A stretch of DNA of 63,151 nucleotides, filler included, from Sphacelaria rigidula (Eukaryota): the NCBI GenBank assembly GCA_964200075.2. It is 11 parts of 11 records of this genome, joined end to end, with 100 filler letters (N's around TTAATTAATTAA, not from the genome) between each part and the next. Parts side by side here need not be neighbours in the genome. Positions count along the whole stretch, not along the records: positions 23,004 to 28,653 come from CAXNAA020025562.1; positions 28,754 to 34,403 come from CAXNAA020025563.1; positions 34,504 to 40,153 come from CAXNAA020025564.1; 8 more parts are not named here. The stretch is one strand, 5' to 3'. Position numbers and translations under genes: made by a program. Below are positions 24,094 to 36,299 of the stretch, piece after piece. The notes below the pieces were generated by a model. That model was not told where the DNA came from. It saw only the letters and a program-made list of their open reading frames with translations, and did no database searches. Positions within the stretch are counted from its first letter, which is position 1. Each line of letters starts with the position of its first letter.

Positions 24094-26169
24094 ATGTCCT
24101 CCACGCAACGCTCCACTAATCTGGCTACATCTGCTCGCAACGCAGATGCGTCTTCTCCGCTGAGGTAACAACGCGATTTGCCTTGTTGTCGTCGCACAAA
24201 GTTTTATTCGACCTGCCTTGTGTTCGATGCGCCCCTCAGATGTATACCCTGCTCTCTTCGCACAAGAGAGTATGGAACACAGCATCGCATGACAGGGAAG
24301 GGCAGCAAATGTTGGCGATCGGATCCTGTCATTTCAACCAGAGTCTTTAAAAGCGGTCTATCCAATAATTTTGTGGCTCTGATCCTCTTGCTGGTGCTGT
24401 CGAGTCCGCCGGCATTATTGTCGAAACGAAACCAGTGCTGTGCTACGCGCAGGCAATCTGACATCGGTTTTGTGATTATTTTGAAAACTTTGAAAAGTTA
24501 TCAATCTTGGCAAATTTGCATGCATGCTCTCCAGCTTGACTGGCTGATCTGGATACGATTCGTTTACAACATAGGGTGCAGGAGAGCAGCGGCGTCATGC
24601 AGTAGAGGCCGTGCAATGATACTGTGCGTACTACACGGTTCACCTGAACTCATGTTTTCGTTTCATCATCTGAGCCCAACGGCTGCAGCAGCGGTCAACT
24701 GTTCACACTTCATTCTCCTCCATATAACCGTTTGCGTGAGGACTCTGGTTGCTCTTCGCGGGTCCTTCACAAGAACGCCTACTTACCCACTTTTGTACCA
24801 GTTGTTTGAGCACACCCTCATGTTGGTACTGTATCCTGTGCGCATGTTTGTCGCTTAGCAGGCCAGCCCAAAGCGGCAAGGGCAAGGGCGCGGGCCGCGG
24901 CAGGAAGAAGGGCACTGCCTCCATCACACAGTCCATCAGGTATATTCTACTGGACATACTGCCGCAAAATACGGTAAACCCCTCCAACACCAGGGTGGGC
25001 AATCAGGGTCAGACGTTCAATATTCAAGCGAAAACGATGCCGATTCGACATGTGATCCACCATTACAATCGAAGGGCCAAGACGTTGAGGAAACTCGTTC
25101 AGTCGGCGTCGGACGGCAGCCAAGTCACGGTCGGCTGGATACTGTTAGTATGGCGTATACTTCGCGCGCGATGGGTGAACTGAGTTTGACAAGCAACCTC
25201 TGCAGTATCATGATACAAAGGAGGGAAAGATGACAGCACTTCTCTTGCACTGGCTCACGTACATTCGATCAGGCTATGCCGCCTCTGCTTCGTCGTAACA
25301 TTTTTTTGATGATCTGTTTTGCTCTGTTCGCCCCTATTTTCAGTTTCGTTTCGTGGAAGGCACGAAAACTTGCAAATTCCTATCCTCGCTCGAGGCCAAA
25401 CGCTGGATATGCATTGCCCGAGGACGAATACAGTATTATTTCACGTACAACGTTCCGTTCAGCTGACCGCACCCAACGTGTCGCCGCCCTCGGTTGCCCT
25501 ACCTCATACTTTTGTTGTCCTGCCCGCATGTTGTACTCCTTACTGTCCAACACTGTGATGTTCCATGATCCAGGGCTGGACTGACCTTCCCTGTGTCTCG
25601 CGTGGCAAGGCACCTGAAGGAGGTGAGACCGTTTTGCGCTTTCGTTGCGTTCTCAAAAGTCTACCTTCACACGTGTTCCAACAATCTCGGGATCAAACCT
25701 CAACTCTCGCATGTGCATTCCGCATGCGCCGACGGATACGCTCAAAGGCAAAACAGCACCAGTAGCTGGATCCCCGTATACTCTCCCACCATTTTGCACC
25801 TGTAAGCTTAGACGCCCTTCTCTTCGGCGGCACGCTCTTGACGGCTGCTGCGTGTTTCGTCGCCACCAATTGCAACTTCTGTCATGGTGTCGACAGGCAA
25901 AGCTCAGCACCCGCGTTGGCAAGGGTAGCGCCGTGTATCTTGCCGCCATCATGGAATACCTCTGCGCCGAGATCCTGGAGCTTGCCGGAAACGCTTGCCG
26001 CGACAACAAGAAGAAGCGCATCACTCCCCGCCACATTCAGCTCGCTATCCGCAACGACGAGGAGCTCAACAAGCTCCTCGCGGGAGTTACCATCGCTGAG
26101 GGTGGCGTCCTGCCCAACATCCACTCGGTCTTGCTGCCTAAGAAAACCATCATCAGGAAGGACCCTTGA
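24094..26169 (+). CDS. H2A: Histone H2A variant with N-terminal extension, 156 aa; exons 24094-24164, 24862-24939, 25574-25622, 25897-26169
   Basis: All introns are GT-AG with matching phases (2,2,0). Protein: [156 protein letters not shown]. Exon 1 is the least certain. Confidence 0.9.
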
Positions 26170-27179
26170 TGCCGAGAAGCTGTGGCGGTTCGGGCTGGAT
26201 GCGGGGATGGGGAGTAATGTGTATTCAGAACCAGCAATATTGTGCCATTTGTATAGCTGTTTGATACTGCTCCTAGATAGCAAGATCAGAGAAGCGGGGA
26301 CGGGGTTAGGAAATTCGCGGAGGATAGGATTTTAGCCGAGATCTCAGTTTTGTGAGGTGTACTGTCAATAGCGTGTGCCGGTATCTACGGTATGTACGGT
26401 GTGGTCATTATGGCCTGACCCTGCTTTTTATTTCTTACTTCTGCTTTTCATGCCGAGTGCAGGACATCGGTCAGGCTCCTGCGCTTGGTTGGCGAGCGCT
26501 ATTCCTGCTGACTCCCGCGCTTTTTTCGGGAAAGAAGCGGCAGGTAACTCCCAACGGACGCGTTTCGCCATTTTGTACTATAGATGCTGTGCAGCAACCC
26601 GCCGCCCCCGCCTCGGCACCTTGGGGTTAAGTATCGGCCTTGTGCTTGGTTTAGGGATTGTAAGGACGGGAATTGGGCGCAATGCGACATAGTAAAAATG
26701 ACGTTGTGCCCTTGGATGTCAGTAAAATTGCGGGCAAGGAGCAGGAAGCAGTGTATACGGAAGCTACAGTGGTGAGCCTGGTTCCATGAAACTGACGCAT
26801 GAATATCAAGGATTTTAGTCCTAGTTTAGCTGACCGCAACCGTGTGTATCTTTGTACTGCATCGCGAGTAATACAAATGAGCTACACAGCAGTTCGTGAC
26901 TGATGCTACTAACTTCGTCTTTGTCGGCATAGGGATGGCACCGAGTGTCTACGATACTACGGACTGTGTTCACGTCCAGCTGGGGCATGAGGCACTCAAA
27001 TATAAATCTCGACAACGTTTTCGTGAGATTGAGAGTCTAGCGTTGATTGAAAGTGGGTTTCATCATTCGCTCTGGCTTTTCTTTGCCTGAAACACTGGCG
27101 TGTGCTTACAGCTACACGTCGATATCTTACTCAAGGATGTCAAAGGCTTCATTGGCAAGCTTCAACAGAACGTATATCG

Positions 27180-27315
27180 CAGTGTTGAATATCGAACGAA
27201 AAACAAAGTTCGACACGATATTTATTTTCGAAGTATCGACGTAAAGATGTCGATACCGATCTTTTTTTCGATACGCGGAAAATGACTCGTTACTGATACT
27301 GGATACGATACGATA
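27180..27315 (+). mobile_element. Partial copy of the hAT-like MITE at 53130-53480
   Basis: CAGTGTTGAATATCGAA ... AAGTATCGACG ... GTCGATA matches the left end of 53130. Confidence 0.6.
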
Positions 27316-28592
27316 CGGCTGTTCTGGTAGGGATGCAGCTTGCAAGACCTCATGGTACTACGCTGACACACTAGCAACCTAACCCGAAGTAGGTGCACGC
27401 CCGATTGTATGCAGGTACAGCAGCACCAGAGTGTGGTTTGTTATCTGGCATCATAAAAGTGGCGGCACAACACGCGGCGTGATGCTTCGGTTTAACAAAA
27501 ATGGTTCATCGTGCGAGAGGCATGTCGCAAGGGAGGTGGTTGGAGACATGCGACGATAAGGGAGGGTATTTTGGGCCGTCTTCTTGCACGAAGTCTCTTT
27601 GCAATCGTCGTTGATAGCAGCAATAGTAGTTCGAGCGCGCTTGCTTCCGATTTGCAACGCTCATTTATACTGCTTGACATCGCTTCTACCTTAACACAAG
27701 CTACGAGGCACGCGAGTGTGTTGGGTCGTCTGACGCACCTCTCAGCCCATTTTTTCGTGGAATCCAACACCTCCCCTTATCGTAGCAGGACTCAATGATG
27801 TGATGCGGGATACATAGTGTGTTGTTCAAGCCGGTGATATACCGAAATGTATTTCGCGGTCTCTATTCAGTCATGTTTCGCTCGAATTTGAGCATTTACC
27901 TCGACTCTGCGCACTGCGCACTGCAAACGCAATCCTCATTAGTAAGAAAAAAGTGCACCAAACCCTTAAACTGCGCGATAAATGATCACATGAATACGCG
28001 CTCGCTTCTTTTCTCCATACCAAACGAGGGAAAAAGTCGGCAACATACGTCGAATTTATTCATTGTTGGCTACACAACGAAGTATAAACTTCAAACACCT
28101 ACACGCCAAAGCAATAGAATTCAAAAGGTTGTAGAGAAAAATGAATATGATGACAAAATGAAATGGCCGCTTACCCTCACACGCGGAACACTCCCGCCGA
28201 TTTGAAATATTGACAAGGCTTCCGCGGTACTCTTTTGCCCCCTTTGACGTCTACACACGAGATGCTGCTAAACTCCCAACTGTAACGCGTAAACACCGTA
28301 GAAAAGCCGCACACAGAATTAAGTTCGCTCCACTCCGGCGATTGCTCATGATGAGCGCTTTTTTTTTGGTCCTCGGGTTCGAATCGCCCATTTGCCACGC
28401 GTCTCCGTGGCATCCATGAAGAATCGCCAAGTTGTTGACCTCTTCGTTGCCCAACTTATTGCGTTTCTTCGTGTGTGGTGTGTGTGATGTTTGGAATGTG
28501 GTGGGTGGCTGGGTGGTGGGCAGATGGGTGATAGGCCGTGGGCGGAGGCATGCCAAAAAAGGGAGACTATGTGATGTCTGACCCCCTCCCCG

Positions 28593-28605
28593 GTTATTAT
28601 TATTA

Positions 28606-28653
<48 letters not shown>
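28593..28653 (+). repeat. (TTA)n microsatellite at contig end
   Basis: Seen directly in sequence. Confidence 0.9.
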
Positions 28654-29649
28654 NNNNNNNNNNNNNNNNNNNNNNNNNNNNNNNNNNNNNNNNNNNNTTA
28701 ATTAATTAANNNNNNNNNNNNNNNNNNNNNNNNNNNNNNNNNNNNNNNNNNNNGATCATGAGTACACCCCCCCCCCCATCCCCCCCCGAATCAGCCGGCG
28801 TGCTCCGTCCCGGCTTTGTAGGGATGCGAGGTCAATCTGACTATGGCATGCATGATGACGAGTACACCCGAATCAGCCCGAAGCCGTCACGAAGAGAATG
28901 GTTTTGTAGAGCATGTTAGCTGGTTTCAGACTTGATGAAGAGGTTCATGTGGGCAACTTGTCGAAAGCGATCCCTGCGCTGAAGGTCCCAACTACTCGTT
29001 GTGCTCGGCTTCCATCATTTTGATTCCCACGTAGATTCTGCCTCCTCAAACGATTCACCTTTCTGGGGAGACTATCGCGGCATAACTCGTAGGTCTCCAC
29101 TAAGTAGCAGTGTTCCTTACACATTATCCAAAAAAGGCAAATAAACTATACATCCTTGGGCGCAGGTGAAATCCGTGTTTGACTTGGCAACGGCTGTGAG
29201 ACGTCCGAATATAGCCCAGAATACATGTACCTGTATGATGCCTGAGCGCTTCCCGGAGTAATAGAAATATGTGTTGGAAAACAGCTGGGATCGATCAATT
29301 GATCGATTCATTCATTAATTGATTGATTGTCGCACATTGAGTCATCATTATCCACAAGCGGGGCCCAGCCGTGGTCACAAGAAAGATGTTTCCGAGACAG
29401 AACGGAAATGCTCGCTGATTGAAGAACGTGAAAGAAAAAAAGAAGCTAGAACACGTGGAGTGAGCTAAAGATAATGGCAAAAGCGTGACAGGCAGAAAAG
29501 GGAAAATAAGAGGGAAAAAAACAGAGAGAAACAAAAAAAAGTACGAAACGAAATGACAGTAAAAATGGTCAGCCTTGCAGCATGACTCCCGGTGAAAAGG
29601 GCCGTCCTCGACAGCATATGGACTCATGCACAAAGCAAAACATGACGGC

Positions 29650-30300
29650 TGTGGGGGGCAGATTGCGCCTCAGCTATTTCGAACATCCGAAAAAGTGCTG
29701 TTATTGTGTCAGCGGTGGCGCCTCTTCGATTGGCGCCTCTCGATGCAGCAGCCTCTCGTTTGTGGTGGAGGCCCGACTGGAGTCTGCCGTCGCATCGCCA
29801 CGTCTCCTCGGACTATTCTGTCCTGTAGTGATTCCAAGATGCCATTTGCTCATGTTCTTTGCAGCAGCAATCCGTGTGCGTCTTCGACTTCACACCGTAG
29901 ACTGACCATTTCCGTTGCGCTCCTGTGTATGGAGGGACCCTTAGTGCATGTATGTTCTCGTGGATGCGTCCCCCCAGTGTTTGAAGGACCGTTCAGCTTC
30001 CTTGGCCTCTTGTGCGACGAACCGTCCAAGTGTGATACGCTCTGGAAGTCGTGTTTCGTCCTACCATAATAGCCCCCCCGCAAATCAGCTTTGACGACGT
30101 GCCTGCGGATGGCCGTCTCCATGCGTTCGCAGTTTGTGATGTTGAGCACATGTGTGTATGAAAAGACTCCTGTGGCCAGTGCGCTCTTTCCTGCGGAATC
30201 CAACCTCGCGAAATAAAAGCTTGTGATGGACAGTGCGGCATTCTCGAAGTCCTCGGAACTCGGCAGACACGTAGCACATATGTACGGCACAGCTTTTCAC
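29650..30300 (-). mobile_element. 3' fragment of an RTE-like LINE
   Basis: Frameshifted SY..VLNITNCE.METAIRR..., DETRLPERITLG..HWG. Colinear with 52100-52585. Confidence 0.65.
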
Positions 30301-30891
30301 GAATTTTCAGAGGTGAATGGGCAGGCGGCCGATCGTCGAGTTCTAGCGATACTCGGCTTTGTACACTGTAGCGGTCACCAATATATGATGTACATTACGC
30401 TGTGCTGTAGCAGTGTTCAAAAATGAATTTTGCAGCTGCAGCAAGTCTATCGCTTCTCCATTCTGAAGCACATATCCAAGAGATGTGTCAAGTCGAGAGG
30501 GGGCACGTTCGACGCGAGGGAGGTAGACAAGTCTTGGTACTTGAATACATCAGCCTCTTTCTTTTTGCACTACTACAACTCGTGTTTTCTACCTACGGAA
30601 TAATCGAAAAGCGGTATACTCCTTCCCCCTCCTCCCCCATCCTCGTCGCTCTGAACGTATCGCCGCCGAACCGCCGACCTTTTGGGTGGTCAATACCGCT
30701 GTGGGCCTGGTGCCTTGAATATATTGAGCGTCTCAGATCTGCCCTAGCCTGCAACTGTTGTAGAGCCTGCTTCTCAAAGGTGTACGTCTCGCCTACTTCA
30801 CGGTGCTGCTCGTGTATCTCGCTGTCCTCGCACCTCCTGTGCTTAACCGCCGTGCATGTTTTCTGCCCCCCCTGGTTTCCAACGAACATAG

Positions 30892-31455
30892 GCCGCTGGG
30901 GCCGAGTTGCCAACCTACGCCAACTTTGCCGTTGCCGGAGCCAGCGGTATGTCAGCGTGGATGTTGATTCATCCTGTAGATGTCATCAAGACTAGGATGC
31001 AGCTGCTGGGGAAAGCTAATGAGGACGCGACCGCTTTGTCGGTCGGCAAAGAGATCGTGAGTTTTTCGTCTCCGTTTGCTGCTGCCGCGCCCTGGTGGTC
31101 AAAACTGAAGTGTCACATTTCACGTAACAATACGTCTACGGCCGAAGTCTGCGCTTTCGAATCTCGGTAGTAGATGGGTCGTCTCTTCCCTTCTTGTCGC
31201 CAGAGACCTTAGGAACTAGGGTTGACCAAAGTGAACGAAGGGTGATGAGAGCTCACGGTTGTAATAGCGCTGATCCAATGGTCGAGAAAAACGTGCGGTA
31301 TGTACATAACGGAGGGGCGAAGGGAAGGGCGAGGGAGGGGGGGGGGGGGGGGGAGTTTTTTGTTGTTTTCCTTTGTGGTTTAACGTTTGCGCTGGTTTCC
31401 TTTTTGGGGTGGNNNNNNNNNNTAAATAGGAGGAGATGAAAGGGGAGGGGTTGGT

Positions 31456-31492
<37 letters not shown>

Positions 31493-32760
31493 GGGGGGGG
31501 CGTACTCATTTGTTGCTTGCCTTAGTGGTTTAACCATTGACCACGCTTCCCTTTTGAGACGGAGCATGAATGAGGGGGAAAGAGGACGATACCTTGAGAT
31601 TGCGGTCCACGTCCCACTATCGAAGGGGAAGACAGCATGACAACAACGACAGCAACAATTTTGCTGTCGCACAGTACTTAGTATGGTGCTCTTGTAGGGT
31701 GTTCGTGTTTGTGGTACCGTACGTAATTTTGTTGTAGGGTTACTCTATGATCAATTGCCTCCGTGCCGTTGGTGCGATGCTCACTGGTCGCTCAGGTTCG
31801 CAACGAGGGAACGGCTGCCCTGTACGCGGGACTCTCCGCAGCCCTGGCGAGGCAGGCGTCGTACACCACCCTTAGGCTGGGCCTGTACGATTTCATGAAG
31901 AAGCTCGTGCTTGACTGTGAGCATGAATCGCGTCACATTGTGCTGTCTTTCGTTTTGCCGTTGATAGTTTGGTGGTTTTGACGATCTATGAGTTGGAGTG
32001 CGTACATCACATGGCTACCTTTCGTACTTGCAAGTATTCACCTGTTATCAAGTCGGGTTTGATGCCCATGGCGATTTACTTTGTCATCGCGCAGAGACGA
32101 CTGGTGATCGTGCTTCAATGGAAGTATCGCCTGACTACATGAATCATTTCAAGTAGAAACCTTTGATATTCCTGACGTGAACTGCACGCAGACCACAGTT
32201 GCATTTTCCGCGTATATCTACATGCTCAGAAGAGAAAACAGTCCCCTCATACAAACCCCATTCATACATCTTCCCATACCTTTGCTGAAGAATCTGAACA
32301 CCGTGTGATGCTCAGACGTACGCCGGAAAAGGTGATGATTCATTGCGCTGATTCTGGTGTACTTTGATCCTAATCCTTCGCCCGTTACGGAATAAACACA
32401 CTGCTCTCCTAACTAGTGTCTAATGACGCAGATCGTTGTATGGTTTCGGGAGGGTAAAAATACCGTATCGGAAGCCGTGTATGCATTCTCCGAACCATGC
32501 TGATACCTTCGTCTGTGTCGATTGCTGTGCCGTTGCGCAAGAATGACCCGCGGGAAATCTTCCGCCATTGTCAAAATCTGCTCATACGCCTCTGGTTGTT
32601 GCTATCCTTGCTTTGTTCTTGATGATTGTCCCGCACTTCAGCGATGGAGAACCCGAGTGCGATGAGAGTACTTCTTGCACGGTTAGGCGTCGGGGCCGTC
32701 TCCGGCGGCATTGCATCTTTTTGCTCGTGCCCGATCGAAGTTTGCCTCGTACGAATGCAG
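30892..32760 (+). CDS. Mitochondrial carrier (SLC25), 2-oxoglutarate/malate or dicarboxylate-like; exons 30892-31056, 31796-31916, 32642-32760 (partial)
   Basis: Carrier signatures HPVDVIKTRMQ and CPIEVCLVRMQ; LYAGLSAALARQASYTTLRLGLY is typical of OGC/DIC. GT-AG introns, phases 0 and 1. Start and 3' exons not found. Confidence 0.9.
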
Positions 32761-33346
32761 GTCAGTTGCCGAGAAATGTCTTGGCTCGGTTGGCTGCAAT
32801 ATGCCTTGTGAGCAGAATGAACTGTTCAGTCCCGAACCCGCGTCGCGTTGTTTTGCAAGGCCTGTTGGCCATATTGGATCTTCCCACAGGCTGACCTTAA
32901 CCCTAGCCCCCAACGGATTTACTCGCGAAATCGCCTCCTCCAAACCATGTTTGAAAAATACGCCGTTATTCTGTAGACTAGAATATTTGGATTTTTTCCG
33001 GGCTCTAGTCTCGAGGGCTCGCTCAGCGTACGAACCCAGCACGCTGGGCTCACCTTTCGTTAGGGGGTTAGCTGTAGAGGTTGGCAACGAGAAGCATTTC
33101 AAACGATGGTTTTGGGGAGTCGGGTCGGCGACCCCCCTCTCCTGAACGTAACTTTGATCCCAACCGAGGTGGATCGTGAAGCCGCGGTCAGCGGGGGGGC
33201 TGCCCCACCTGCGCTGGTGAAGCCTGTGAAGTGTTGGCTGGCAGAGCGACGTGCGGAGTGCCGTGCAGTACGCTCGAGTGTTCTGGCAAAAGCGGCCTGT
33301 GCCCAGGGGACCTTCAACTATAGCAAGTACAGTACTCCAAAGCCTG

Positions 33347-33606
33347 CAATGGTCGAACGAATGAATGGTTCGTCTGGAAAATACTTTATTTTAGTGTACT
33401 TGATTCGTACCGTACGAATCAATCCTTGAGCTTTGTTTTCAGCGTTGCAACCCAGGTACGCGCCGCCCAGGGGCGTGGAATGGCGCGAAAATTGCGTGTA
33501 CACCTTTTTTGCCAGCGGTCAACGTTTTTCTCTCTTTGAAGCGAATACGCCTGGAACAAATCGTAGATTTAGTGATTCGAACCGGCGATGATTGGTCCGA
33601 ACAATG
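33347..33606. mobile_element. hAT-type MITE (same family as 22434-22670)
   Basis: Perfect 8-bp TSD AAAGCCTG; CA..TG ends; shared core GAATCAATCC..TTTTCAGCGTTGCAACCCAGGTAC. Confidence 0.85.
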
Positions 33607-34206
33607 AAAGCCTGTATAGATAATAGAAGGAGAAATACTTGAGGTGTTGAGCTGGTGTTGAGCTGCACTGTTTCGTAAAAGTTCCCGTGTTGGTGAGAGA
33701 TGAAACATGTTCTGAGATTGAATGTTTGGAAAGATGATGGTTTTGTTGTGACGGTTCAAACGTGATTTGGTTGAGTGCTTGGACATTCATGTGCATACCC
33801 GCGATGGCTGGGGTCTTCACGACGATATTCTAGTAGATATTTTAGTGCGCGACAAGCATGTGTTTTCCGTGTCTGAGCGGCTTTCAATACGAATGAAACG
33901 AGTTGAAATAATCCGCGGGCTTGTGGCTGTGGGTAAACTTTGAAATTTTGGTGTCCGAGTACGGCTGTATCAGTTTTGTGGTTTACGACAAAATTTGAGC
34001 AGGAATACTTGCAAGGGCTCGTGTTGGTATCTGATTGCTATGCCGCTAATGATGTAGATATCCACCAAAACGTACCATGCGTCTACTGTCGAAAACGGTT
34101 CTATGGACGCATTCAGCTATCCAACGCCTAGGCTTGGATATGATGCGATTGCCGTGATGCCATTACGCTGTCAAAACTCGAGCCCGCTAACTCGGGATAA
34201 ATCTTG

Positions 34207-34403
34207 CACGGTTAGGACGAATCATCACGATTCAAAATTTCCAAATTCACGATTTCTTCGGCCTAATTGCCCAAAAGTGAGGGAAGAGTTAATCGCTGGT
34301 CAAAGGGGTATTCATGCAACTTTTGCGTCATTCCACGTGTCTGGGCTGCGTGTACCTGGGTTGCAACGCTTCAAATAAAGCCTAGGGAATGATTCGTCAC
34401 GAG
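34207..34403 (-). mobile_element. hAT-type MITE copy truncated by contig end (further copies 45844-45903 and ~55745-56013)
   Basis: Begins CACGGTTAGGACGAATCATCACGA, the reverse complement of the 22434-22670 right end. Confidence 0.8.
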
Positions 34404-34649
34404 NNNNNNNNNNNNNNNNNNNNNNNNNNNNNNNNNNNNNNNNNNNNTTAATTAATTAANNNNNNNNNNNNNNNNNNNNNNNNNNNNNNNNNNNNNNNNN
34501 NNNAGGGATGCGAGGTCAATGATCTGATGACTATGGCATGCATGATCATGAGTACACCCCCACCTGCAACAGAACCGCTCCACCGAAGACTCGCACCTCA
34601 TGAACTGACGAGTAGAAAACAAATTGTTCACATGATTTATATCATTTGA

Positions 34650-35075
34650 ACAGAATGTGCATGACATGTACGCATGATTCGCGCCGCATAAATGGAAAGT
34701 GGGAAGCATGTACACTTGATCCATCTTGTTTGGATAAAAGACAGGGAACATTTTCGAATGATTCATGCCGCATGAATGGAAACTGGGGAACATGTGCGCT
34801 CGATTCACCTCGTGTGAATGGAAGGTGAGGAACATGTACGTGTGATTCATGCCGCATGGACGGAAATTGGGAATCATCTACGCTTGATTCACCTCGTATG
34901 AATGAAAGGTGAGGAACATGTACGTGTGATTCATGCCGCATGGACGGAAATGGAGAAACACGAGCCTCTGGTTCACGCCACACAAATGGAGATAGGAAAC
35001 GTGTATCTTTGACGAGGTACTGCACGAATCACAACCTGGGAATGTGTACACTTGAAGCGGTGCCGCACGAATCAC
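34650..35075 (+). repeat. Minisatellite, ~42-bp subunits with 84-bp higher-order period
   Basis: GTGAGGAACATGTACGTGTGATTCATGCCGCATGGACGGAAAT at 34825 and 34909; diverged units on both sides. Confidence 0.8.
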
Positions 35076-36299
35076 GAACCCCAAAAATATGTACAAATCA
35101 CAATATGTATACGAATAATACACACGTCGGACAGATCAGCTCGTGACACATCCGGGTCGGCTCATTTTGGGGCATAGATCGTGATGTATCCGAGGTGTCC
35201 TGTTACCTGTGCAACCTTGTCCGATGGTGATCTGTAGGACCCGCTTGACGCGTACATATTTGCCGAGCGATGAGCTGTGCGACCCACTTCATACACACCT
35301 TCTTGTACAACTGATATTCAGATCTGTCATCTGAACAACATCACATAGTTTTCATTTGTATAACTCGGCTCAGACAAACGCAGCAGCCTCTCGTCGACCC
35401 GCGCGATTTGAATCTCATGTATATCATAAGCTACTCTTTACCCGTGGAATCCGAATCTAGTAAACGAGAAACAGTCTCCCGCACCCGTGAGATTGGGATC
35501 AAGTATACAAGAAACGGTATTCAGTATTCTTCACCTGCTGACCTGTATGGCCCGGGTACATTGTGCATGTTCACAAGTTCGTAGGTTGAGTGTAGCAGCC
35601 CGGGCACATTTAACATGAAGTGCGTATATTTGTTCCTGCGCAAGACTAAATGGTGGAGTGTACGAGTATTACTGTGGAACTTCGACCTACTCGCGTGCTC
35701 AACACAATGGACGTGTGAAAGAAACGGGATATGTTGTGAGCCTAAGGAGCGAGGTCATCTCGCACAACACGCATCGCTTTGCTAATAGCAACACCCACCC
35801 AGTTCACACTCAAATAGTAACTACAGCAGCGAAGAACCCCGTTGCTCTGTACACATCGCCTGATGAACGATCTGTATGACCCTGTGATTCGTACAAGTCC
35901 GCTTGATGGTGATCTGTATGACCCGAGTATCTGCACCAGGGTTTCCATGAGTGATTTGTATACTCTGCGTATCTGTACATCACCTCCTTCGGCACACCTG
36001 TGTAATCCAAATAAGGTGTGCTCGAAACGCCAACAACCGCCTGTGTACCCTTGTAACTCGTATTAGGTACTTCCCCTGTGATTAGATGATACCCGGAAAA
36101 CGAGGATCGTTCCATAACTTGTTGCACTGTCATTCGACTGAGCAAACCGGGTGACACAGATATTGATTTATCCGGCGTGTGCAATCATATGGTTGATTCG
36201 TCCAAATGTTGGATATGATTCGAATCACGATTTTATCCGTCCCAACCGTGAAACGCTAGACAAATTGATTTGCCACCCACAAAGCGAGCAAAACTCGAA

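Noticed and set aside
25645..25896. N-terminal part of the 174-aa ORF as the H2A tail
   Set aside because: It lies in intron 3; the real alpha1 segment AGLTFPVSR is in the exon at 25574-25622.
34650..35075. CRISPR-like array or repeat protein
   Set aside because: Contiguous diverged tandem units with no unique spacers; the ORFs are by-products of the repeat.
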